Below are positions 54,095 to 64,000 of a stretch of DNA of 64,000 nucleotides, piece by piece. The position numbers were made by a program, and so were the translations under genes. Each line of letters opens with the position of its first letter. The stretch's first letter is position 1. The notes below the pieces were generated by a model. That model was given only the letters and a program-made list of their open reading frames with translations, did not search any database and was not told where the DNA came from. The DNA comes from the human T2T-CHM13v2.0 reference genome, Homo sapiens: assembly GCF_009914755.1 (NCBI RefSeq), contig NC_060929.1. One strand, 5' to 3'.

Positions 54095-54476
54095 GGGTGC
54101 AGAGAGGAGGAGACTGACTTATCCTGCTGCAGAAGTCTCTCTGCAACAAGAAGCCCTGCTGGCTTTGCTCATGGGCTTTGTGCATGGCTGCTAAAGTGCT
54201 GGGTGACAGCAGCATTCTCTCTTTGTGTGGTTAAAACCAAAGCTAGGAGAAAGTGGCAGAGAGACCATTCCCTCCAGGAGGTGCACACTGGTCTCATTTT
54301 CCCTTGGGTCAGCCCTTCATTTACTACCTGTGTTACTTACCTTCGAGATTCTCTGGAATAGTTGGGTCCTTTAAAACAACCACATCACAGCCAGTAAAAA
54401 TACTTTTGTGTCCCATCCCTAACACATATCACTGAGTCTCTCTGTATAAAATCATGTGGGTTTTCACAATGAAAAT

Positions 54477-54903
54477 TGGCAAAGACTTTCCTGGACCAAA
54501 TTGGACTGAGGCTCCGAGCCCTCTTTGACCTTGGCGCCTGCCCTTGTGGGGCCTGCAGAGACAGCCCAGTTGTGGTCAGAATCCTCTTAAGCCAGTTTGG
54601 TGAGAATTCCCTCCCTCTAATGTTTGATCACCCTTGCTATCTGCTCACCCTGGCTTACCTTCAGCAAAAATCCTATCAAGTTGGATTAGCAAGAATCCCC
54701 CCCACTCTTAATACCTCTTCTTGGTAATCTTTCACCTACCAACTTCCCACTCCCCTCCTGGCTGTTCATCCCCACTCTGCTGTGTTTGTGGCTGAACCCC
54801 TTCTCTCTCTCCCAGGGTAATAGTTTTGACAGCCATCGCAATAGTTCTGAATAAAAGATTTCTTACAATTTTAACCAAACCAGAAAAAAATCTGTTTTTA
54901 ACT
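54477..54903 (+). mobile_element. ERV1-class solo LTR (MER31-like)
   Basis: caaagactttcctggaccaaa; repeated agcaagaatcc-like motifs; tgatcaccc; gcaatagttctgaataaa polyA signal near the end. Confidence 0.75.
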
Positions 54904-55447
54904 GTGTATTAACATCTCCACAGATGGCTTTTATGGGTTTTGCTTGTTAGGAAAATGGTTCACTGTCATCACGACTGCATTACCAAACCCGTTTGACCAC
55001 AGGCATCTGACCTCAAGGACACAGACTTTTTAGAAATGATTTTTCTTCCTGTTGTTGCATGTAGCTATGTCCTTGTTTCGGCTCCTGGGTACAATTTTAT
55101 ACATAAAATGTAAATGAAGACACAATTTTCATACAGGGTCTCTGGTCCTTTTCTAAATCAGAGAGGTGGGTGACAAAGAGAGGACAAGTCAGTCCCTCCA
55201 GACAGGGGAAGTAAGGCTGCCAGCACAGAGTGTGTGGATGATTCCGTGTTCTGGAGCAGGAAGAATATTCCTTCCTCCCATCCATTTTACCTCCTCATTT
55301 GCAGTTACAATAGCTATCAATCTAATTTACCATATAAATGTGAAAGTCTTGTGTATCTTTGCATTTTACAGTAAATCATTTTAAAAACATGTTAGGACAA
55401 TACAAAATATTTCTCCAAGTCAAGGCTACCCCCTCACACATACAGAT

Positions 55448-55450
<3 letters not shown>

Positions 55451-55482
<32 letters not shown>
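55451..55482. repeat. (CA)16 microsatellite
   Basis: Perfect dinucleotide run. Confidence 0.97.
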
Positions 55483-55488
<6 letters not shown>

Positions 55489-55814
55489 GAGCAAAACAAC
55501 TCCTTTTTTAGTAAAAATTGGAGCAATAAATCTTTCGCTTCAATTTCTATGAGGAAATTATTCATAATAGGATGGGAAGTTTTTAGTTTGAATTAGAATA
55601 TTCTTAAGTTGATAACACTAGGTGTTTTTTAGCACCTTTTATTTTGTAGAAATTAACAGAATATAGAGTTAGAAATATAAAGCAAAAACTTGGGTTTAAC
55701 TAACAGATATACAGTTGAAGCATTTATTTGAATAACTCAAGTCAAAAAACATCTCTTGAGAAAGATGGTATTGCTCTTTTGAAGGTTGTAGCTGAATTTC
55801 CTGCAACTCTTTCA

Positions 55815-55947
55815 ATTCACCTGGGGAACTCTTAAATAAGTAGACTGCCGGCTTACTTCCCTTGGAAATTCTGATTCCACAGGATTTTCATTTTTCAAAG
55901 AACATTCTCTAATGATTGTGATGACTGGACCAGTTTGGCAACCACTG
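55815..55947 (+). mobile_element. MER5-like hAT MITE fragment
   Basis: tcacctggggaactcttaaa...aaattctgattc...agtttggcaaccactg. Confidence 0.55.
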
Positions 55948-55981
55948 GCCCAGACAAGTTCACGACGGCACCATGAAACCA

Positions 55982-56055
55982 CTAGGTTGGTGCGAAAGTA
56001 ATTGCGGTTTTTAAAAGTGATGGCAAAAACCGCAGTTGTGTTTTCACTAACCTAA
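55982..56055. mobile_element. MADE1 (Hsmar1-derived mariner MITE)
   Basis: taggttggtgcgaaagtaattgcggttttt ... aaaaaccgcagttgtgttttcactaacctaa followed by TA; palindromic TIRs. Confidence 0.92.
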
Positions 56056-56180
56056 TATGTCCATAGTCATGGCAAAGTTTGTTATTCTGCTTCTCATAAA
56101 CTTGAATGCAGGTCTGAATTATGAAACATTGGACATTTATTGTGTCCATATACCTTCGAGACTCTGAAGACACTCTAGAT

Positions 56181-56392
56181 CAGGGGTTTTCCAACTATGC
56201 TTTACTCAAGAGGGCAGAATCCAGGGTGAAGGTGTGGAGGGTGACAAAGGCATCTCAGAAGGACTAAGGTTTCCCTGTCATTAGGCCTGAAAAGCAGAGC
56301 GTCCCACCATTGCATATCTTTGTAGCATTCTTCCACTTAGATTTCCTTTGAATAAAAGATTTCCTGGCTTTAAAAAATGTTTGAGAGCAATA
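56181..56392 (+). mobile_element. hAT-Charlie MITE (MER103-like)
   Basis: CAGGGGTTTTCCAACT start after CTCTAGAT; 3' ttgaataaaagatttcctggctttaaaaaatgtttgagagc. Confidence 0.5.
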
Positions 56393-56403
56393 ATCAACCA
56401 GAC

Positions 56404-56538
56404 CAGGGTTGCTCAATCCATGTGAAAATGCAGCCTCGGATTCAATGGGTCTCCGCCAGGGTGGATGATCCTCATTTTCTGCAGTCTCCAGGTGATGTTG
56501 CTGCTACTGATCCAAGAACCACAGTTTGAATAGCTGGG
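56404..56538 (+). mobile_element. MER5-like hAT MITE
   Basis: gattcaatgggtct...ctccaggtgatgttgctgct...gaaccacagtttgaatagc. Confidence 0.6.
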
Positions 56539-56546
56539 ATCTAGAC

Positions 56547-56864
56547 CAGTGCTGTGGAATAGAAGGAATGCAAACCACACATGTAATTGCAAATGCAAAT
56601 ATTTTAGTAGTCCCAGGAGAAGTAGTAAAGACAAAAAATAGTGCAACTATTTTAATAGATTGCATGAAATCCAATTCATCTAACATGTTGTCAAGTAAAC
56701 ATGCAATCAATTAAAAACATAACAATGCAGTATTTTATTTTCTTTTTGTTTATTCTAAGTCTTTGAAATCTGGTGGGTCAGTTACATTTAAGGCACACCT
56801 CAATGTGGATAGCTACATTTCAAGTGTCCAGTGGCCACATGCTCTACCCTACTGGAAAGTGCAG
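56547..56864 (+). mobile_element. MER33-like hAT MITE
   Basis: cagtgctgtggaatagaa...ctaagtctttgaaatctggtg...gcacacctcaat...tagctacatttcaagtg; flanks ATCTAGAC and AGCTAGCC. Confidence 0.75.
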
Positions 56865-56869
56865 AGCTA

Positions 56870-58170
56870 GCCCACACAATGATCCAATGTTGAAATCACT
56901 TTCAATGATGTTTCAATACAGTTTTTCAGTCACTTCTCAAACATTCCTAAAGAACAGGAAACATTATTTTCTAAAGTTGTCCATTTATCTTCACTCAGCT
57001 TTTTAAATTATTTCTCCCTATTTAAGCCAAAATTCCTCATTGTGTCTTCCATTCATTGCTTCTAATTCTAACTCTTAGAGGTGCATAGAACTAAGTGAAT
57101 CCATTTTTTATAAAATATTTTCACATAGTGGGAGTCTTTTTCCCCTTTTTTGAGCTTTCTCAGATCTTGTCTTATATTAGAAAGTCCTAATTTCTTTCCT
57201 CTGACTTGCTTTTGAGTTATTTTTGCCTATTTTTTATTGAAATTTTTTTGGCCCCTTTTACACTCAGGATGTAAGATCAAGCACCATATTCTAGCTGCTC
57301 TCTGACCAGTGCAACATCCTTGTTTTAGCAATGATTCAATCTGGGACAGCTCAGCACTTGTTAAAACAATGACCCTTGGGGACACCTTTATCTCAGCATC
57401 AAGGAGCACCCATGGACCACTGGGACTGTGCAGGGCTCTATCTACCCCAGGCAAATGCCACTGTGTTCTATTCAGCTCATTGTCTACACCACAAGGACGT
57501 TTTGGATGCAGATTTCATCATCCATGGAAATCATTATTATATCAAGCCTTATGCCATGGACAGCATTACCTCAATGCCCACATCCAAATGATGGCAAATT
57601 CCAGCTTGGCCTTGAGCCAATGACCCACATTCTTGGGGAACTGTCTTTCAATATTTGTTGAACCAGTAAGGCATCTCAATTGCATTAGCATGCCATCTAT
57701 GTGCTTTCCTCATGTCCAGAAGAAAAGAACATGATATTTGCAAATGTGTTGCTGACATTTACTATGTCTATGCTGTTTTTCTTATATAAAAATCAGTAAT
57801 CCTGTCCCAAAAGAAGATGAAGTTCACCCAACCTGTGTTTGTGAGGAGCCCAGGTAGACACCAGAGATAGCCGCCCCTTTACTTCCTGCTCCTAGGCTGA
57901 CCCATTTACCTCTGAGCCAGGTTGACGTCCAGCTTCCTCTTGAGTAGAGTCAGGACTGCACTTGCTCCTCTGAGTTATCCTGTCTCTGTACTACCCTGTG
58001 GCTGCTCAAAATCTCTTGCAAAATATCCACAATGTCCTTCATAAGTTATTTTAAGATCCCAGGATATAATTTGTCCAGACCAAAAGGTAAGACCTCATTT
58101 ACAGATTGAAAGGTCCCTTCTTACAAACATTTTACCTAACTTGGACTTCAATTCCCTGTTCCAGTACTTA
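56870..58170 (-). mobile_element. L3/CR1 LINE remnant
   Basis: caaatgtgttgctgacatttactatgtctatg...gtaatcctgtcccaaaagaagatgaagtt resembles the antisense CR1 RT (D..KAFD) region; 3' part ctcttagaggtgcatagaactaagtgaatcc. Confidence 0.6.
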
Positions 58171-58351
58171 TTTTATCTACGTCTTCCAGTCCAAAATATC
58201 TTTAACTTCAAGAAAGAATATGAGGGCAGATTAGAAGCAGAGGAACTTGGTGTTTTAATCATCTATATACGTATAAAGAATGCTATCAACAATAAGCAAT
58301 GAGTGGAAGTTCTTTCCTTTCCACTACTTTCTTATTCCTTCTTCCTAGTGC

Positions 58352-58476
58352 ATGAATTCATTTAATAAACATTTTAATGAGTGGTTATTATGTGGGAAGA
58401 ACTGTTTTAATCACTGGGGACACAGAAATGAAGAAAACTGACATGGTCCCTTACCCCCAAAACTGAGATGCTACTG
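58352..58476 (-). mobile_element. L2 3' end
   Basis: attcatttaataaacattttaatgagtggttattatgtg...cactggggacacagaaatgaa...catggtccct. Confidence 0.65.
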
Positions 58477-59984
58477 GACTGTCAGCCGCATGGGAAGTGG
58501 AGCATGCTATGTTCTGGCCCAAGAATCTAGGGATTATTGAGTAATTACCACAGAAATGGGGAGTTTTTAGTACTTTCTTTACCCCACATTGGCTAATACC
58601 CCCAAAATAGTGTTAATTATATGCCACATGGTGGTTTTCTCATCTACAATACGGCCCAATACATGCTATCCTCTTGTGTATTTATTTACTGTAGTTAGAA
58701 ACAGAGAGGCGAGTTACTGGAAGACATCCACAGAAAGAAGCATTGTTCTTCATTTGTCATTAGATTTCTCTTTGTTTACTAAGATTCAGTTTTGTGATGT
58801 TAGCCTTTGGCTCGTGTATCCACTATGGCCTCCTTAGTTAAGTTTGAAATTTGAGTTTTGGAGGTGGTTATTTTGCCACTTTGCAGATATTATGTAACAA
58901 AATCATATTTTATAAATTTATTTTCAAATCATATTTGAGATACATATGAAATGCAATATAAGGTCAAAAATTATATAACAGCTATCAAAGGCCCCTTTGA
59001 CCATCTGTGTTTTTTCTTTTTGGATGTTTCTTTAAAATTTATAGAATAAACATTCCTAAAATAGGGGTGGGGAGCATAGAACTTCCAAGATGGCTAATTT
59101 TACTGGGTTGCTTATTCATTAAAAAAATATTTTCTGAAAATTTTGTGACTATATGACTTCAAGTTATGTGTCACTTGGTAGTTTTATGAATTCAGTGATA
59201 AAGAACTAAAATCCTATTCCAGGCTACAATTTTATAAAGCAGAATGTTGTATAATTTAAGAGATCACAAAATCACTCAATAAATGATTAATATGCCAACA
59301 TCAATCACAAAAGAATAGCACCTATTGTGCCTTTCCTCTTATTATAGATGAGAAAAACTGCCATGTGGCATATTAATACTTTTGGGGGACATTAGGAAAT
59401 GTGGAGTAAATAAAGGAGAAGGAAAAATGTTAATAATTTTATTTAAAAATAGTTTTCTAATTATCTTGCATTCGTAAATGTGACATGTTTTATTTTTAAA
59501 AAATCATGTTGGCCTTTCTAAAAATGCAGTGCTCTGCATTATGGTTATAACACCAAGGCATTAGTGGGCAGATGCAAATATTTCAACATTCAGATATGTG
59601 TAGTGCTGTGATCCCATGCCAAACTCAATCGTATCATTTATTTCAAAGTAATGTCTAGAGAGGGGGCCCAACAGGGAGTATGGCTTCCCCTGACTTTGCT
59701 GGAGAGACTCCGTGGACCGATTCAGGGGACTGGATGGCCAAAGACAGCTGGAGTGTTTGCTAAGGATGTTGTCTACAGCCCACCTTTTTTGAAAGTGAGA
59801 GGCCCACCAGAGCCTTCTGGCTGCAGACCATGGGCAAAGTAGGAGACAGAAAAACATATAAATGAGAGAATACCCAAATTTGGAATGTAAGTAAATTTAG
59901 AAAGATACCAGAGTTACAGGCTTGGTTAACAGAGATGAGATTCCCATTTAAGCTTGACATTTTACCGTCCGTGAATGCTTTAAA

Positions 59985-60095
59985 GTGTGTACGTGTGTGT
60001 GTGTGTGTGCATGTGTGTATGTGTGTGTGTGAAGTGGGGTTGAATATACATATATATATATATACACCCACACATATACATACATACACACACAT
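59985..60095. repeat. (TG)n / (TA)n / (CA)n compound low-complexity tract
   Basis: TG-rich left part, TA centre and CA-rich right part. Confidence 0.9.
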
Positions 60096-62368
60096 CATAG
60101 ATTTATGTGTCTGCATTATATTCACTATTCTTTAACATGCTTGTTTGCTGTAAGAAGCGTTATATAGAACACACCATTCTTTTCAGAATTTAGTGTTTTG
60201 GTAGCCTGAAATAACACACAACACATCCACAGAAAATAACTACTGATTGTCTACAATCAGTTGTCTACATGGTTCTATATTCTGCAAGTGCCCTTTGCAT
60301 TACTGTGAAAATATGTCCAGCTTAGTGTTTCCAGGAAAAGAGAGACACAAAGAGTGAGAAACAAAGAAAGAGAGAGAGAGAGACAGAGAGAGTTAATTTT
60401 ACCTTCCGGGTGTTTATAGTGTATATATACAACCTTAATATTCTTTTATTTTACTGAGTATAAGAGTATCAGTAACACGACACATATTGTTAGCACTACT
60501 GATCTGAAATTCGATTTGCTTAGAGTTCATTTCCATGAGGCTGGGCCTGGACCTCTCACTGGGAGACCTGGCTGTAGGTGGCATTGAGGGTGGGGAATCT
60601 CATGGGGCTGGGGGAGGACAGAGTAGTGTGTGGTCCCAAGAAGAGTTTATAAATATTCCTTCAAAATTGTCTAACACATTCAAAGGCATTTTTAATATTG
60701 CTTTAATTTAATACTGGCACAGAGAAATGTGTCTTCACAATATTTTCCCCTAAATCCGTGTTTGTAGCTTCTAACACACAAGGGCTGGAGAGAGAAAAAA
60801 AATGTCAGTTATGCCTTTCATATTCTGAAATGAGACCATATATAGACGTAGAAAGTCATGTTAAAGAGGTTCATACACATAGACTCACGCATCTCACATA
60901 TCAGGGTCAGAGGTGTATGGTCAGAGGCGGCTTTCAAATGAAGGGGCCAAAAAAGACCATACACTTTATTCTGTCCTTCTTTCCTTCTTTTATCTCTAAC
61001 CCCCACCCCTATCCCCACCCTCTAGGACACAGGAGCCAGGATGACCTAAACAGCCAATAGCATTTTGAGGTTAGTCTGACTAGTGACATCCACACTTGCT
61101 GAGGATGGGTCAGGCCTCTTCTGCCATGTGCAGCCCTCAGGGCCCCTCCCAACTGCTCTCTCCATCTCATAGGCTGACTTGGAGCCACAGGTATGCTGCC
61201 ATTCTCAGGACAGCAGGGGAGAACTGGGGCCCTGGGTGGGACACTCCTTCCTCTGGTTGAGGACTAGCTATTGTCTAGCCTGGGTCAACCTGTCTCCTGC
61301 CCTACGTGGGCAGGTTGAGCCCCTTTCACCTGCCTCCCTCCTGGATGGACCCTTGGAGGGCTTCCTCGGACCCCAGGGGGCCTGCCCTTTTTCTAGATCC
61401 CTTGCCTGAACCAGTAGCCCACACTGTCTGCAAGTGCATAGTCGTGGAGCCCCAGGGAGGCTGGGGAAGCATACCTGGGGGTGCCTCCCAAGTGGTAGGG
61501 CAGCCTCCTCTCAGAATCTGAAAGGGAAAGGGAGAATGGACTGTGTTCCCATTTGCCTTTGGGGTCCCCTTCACTTGGGGCACACCATTCCCTGACTGGA
61601 CTAGAGGCCTAAGGGAGGAAGCTGAGAGGCCTTCACTTTGGGAATCCACCCTTTTCACAACCTCCCTAAGCCTGGGGACCTTCCCAGGAGGTTCTTTGAA
61701 GCAGTGTATGGACTGACCTAAGCAAGGAGTATGGTAGGTTTAGTGACGGAGGTCTTAAACATGTCCTCCTTCAAGACAATTGCTTGGCTTGCTAAGCTAA
61801 TTTTTTATGCAGGAACCTCTTTTGGCACTTCAGTATTTGTCTGTTTCTAGGATCTTCTCTATATTTCTTTTGTGAGAAACACTAACCCCTCCCCAGGCAC
61901 AAGAATACCTCAAGGGAAGGAGAGGCAAGTCATGTGTTCACAAGGGCAAAAAAAAAAAAAAAAAAAAGCAATTCATAATTTACAATATTATATATACATA
62001 TACAGAAATACATACATCCCTTGCAGCAATTATTTATTGAGTAACTACTATGAAATTCACCTTTTAGGTGCATTGTAAACTATGAGATCAACAAAAGTAG
62101 ATGAATTACTTTGAATTAAATTATAATGTCCACAAAAGCCCACATAAATCTGTCCCCACATTTTGACTAACGAAGGTATGTTCAAAATAAATCTCCTTCA
62201 GATCCATGATTGTTGCACATTTCAAAAAAAAGTTTCATAAACTCTAAAACCATTAAAAATATTGCACCAGAAGTAGCAGGTTAGCAATTAGAATAAATTA
62301 AAAAGGCCAATATGGTGATAAAGGAGCCAGTACTCTCTTCCATGGACACTTAAATTAATGCAAAATAG

Positions 62369-64000
62369 ATACCAAAACCAGACAAAGACAAATGAAAAAT
62401 AAAACTATGGGACAATACCCCTGATGGATATTGATGCAAAAATTCTCAACAAAATACTAGCAACCTCAACTGAACCACACATTAAACAGATCATCATGAT
62501 CAAGTAGAATTTCTCTCAGGGATGCAAGGATGGTTCAACACCGGCAAGTCAGTCAATGTGATACATCGTATCAACAGAATGAAGGATAAAAACCACATGA
62601 TAATTTCAATTCATGCTGAAAATCATTTGATAAACATCAACATCCCTTCATGATAAAAATCTTGGAATAGAAAGAACATTCTTTGAAACAATTAAATCCA
62701 TATATGACAGACCCATAGCTAGTTTCATACTGAATGGGAGAAAATCAAAAGCCTTTCCTCTAAGATCTAGAATATGTAAAGGATGCTTAGTGTCACCACT
62801 GTTATTCAACATAACACTGGGGGTCCTAGTTAGAGCAATAAAACAAGAGAAAGAAATCAAGGGCATCCAAATTGGAAAGGAAGAAGTAAAAGTAGCCTTG
62901 TTTGCAAATTATATGATTTTATATTTGGAAAAATGTGTAGAATCCACCAAAAAATATGTTTTAAACTGATAAATTCAATAAAGTTGCAGGATACAAAATC
63001 AACATAAAAAAGTTAGTAGCATTTTATGTGTCAAACAGCAAAAAATCTGTAAAAGAAATTAAGACTGTAATCCCATTTATAATAGCTACAAATAAACTAC
63101 CTAGAAATTAATTAACTTAACCAAAGAACTGAAATTTCTCTACAATGAAAACTATAAAACATTGATGTAAGAAATTGAAGGCATTCATCACAGAAATAGA
63201 AAAGACAACTCTAAAATGTATACTGAACCACAAAATACACAGATAGCCAAAGCTATTCTAAGCAAAAAAGAATAAAACTGAAGAAATCACATTACCTGAC
63301 TTCAAATTACACTACAGAGCTGTAGTGAACAAAATAGTATAATGCTGGCATAAAAACAGGCACATAGACCAGTGGAACAGAACAGAAAAGCCAGAAATAA
63401 ATCCAGACATCTATAGTGAATTCATTTTTGACAAAAGTTTCAAGAACATGCACTGAGGAAAGGACAGTCTCTTCAGTAAATAGAGCCAGGAAAAGTAGAT
63501 ATCCACATGCAGAAGAATGAAACTAGACCCCATCTCTTTCTATACACAAAACCCAAATCAAAATAGATTGAATACTTAAATCTAAGACCTCAAACTATGA
63601 AGCTACTGAAAGAAAATTTTGAGGAAACACTCCAAGATATTGGTCTGGGCAAAGACTTCTTCAGTAATACCCCAAAGGAAAGGCAACCAAAGCAAAAATG
63701 GACAAATAGGATCACATCAAGTTAAAAATCCTCCGCACAGCAAAGAAAACAATCAACAAAGTGAAGAGACAACCCACAGAATGGGAGAAGATATTTGCAA
63801 ACTACCAATCTGATAAGGGATAAATAACCAGAATATATAGGGGGTTCAAACAACTCTTCAGGAAAAATCTAATAATCAAATTTAAAAATGGGCAAAAGAC
63901 CTAAATAGGCATTTCTCAAAAGAAGACATACAAATAGCAAACAGGTATATGGAAAGCTGCTCAACATCACTCATGTAAGAGAAATGCAAATCAAAACTAC
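62369..64000 (+). mobile_element. L1MA-type LINE-1 ORF2 remnant (runs off the window)
   Basis: ataccaaaaccagacaaagac; gatgcaaaaattctcaacaaaatactagc; aaacactccaagatattggtctgggcaaag; agagaaatgcaaatcaaaactac. Many stops; internal deletion near 63180. Confidence 0.92.

Noticed and set aside
61948-61967. Isolated polyA run as a possible processed-pseudogene or retroposon tail
   Set aside because: No upstream polyA signal, recognisable body or TSD.

Overview
Primate (human or great-ape type) genomic DNA, judged from AluJ/S/Y, L1PA2-8, THE1/MST and MADE1 insertions. It looks intergenic or deep-intronic, and I cannot name the locus. I recognise no host protein-coding exon, rRNA, tRNA or CRISPR array. 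Nearly all ORF-track entries are chance ORFs or repeat-derived; the only real protein homology is LINE-1 ORF2p (42.7-44.4 kb). A large part of the window is interspersed repeats (Alu, L1, L2, L3/CR1, MIR, MaLR/ERV LTRs, hAT and mariner MITEs). Family and subfamily calls come from my recall of consensus sequences, and boundaries of old repeats are approximate. I found no convincing new biological system. The most notable observations are: (1) a 5'-inverted (twin-primed) L1PA2 with a perfect 15-bp TSD, about 1.6 kb missing at the inversion, a breakpoint inside the 3'UTR G-tract and an in-frame chimeric 343-aa ORF; (2) two perfect 18-19-bp inverted repeats outside recognised repeats; (3) a stack of DNA-transposon MITEs at a CR1 end, including a MADE1 (miR-548-type) hairpin; (4) CpG-retaining, motif-rich candidate enhancers; (5) several tandem repeats.
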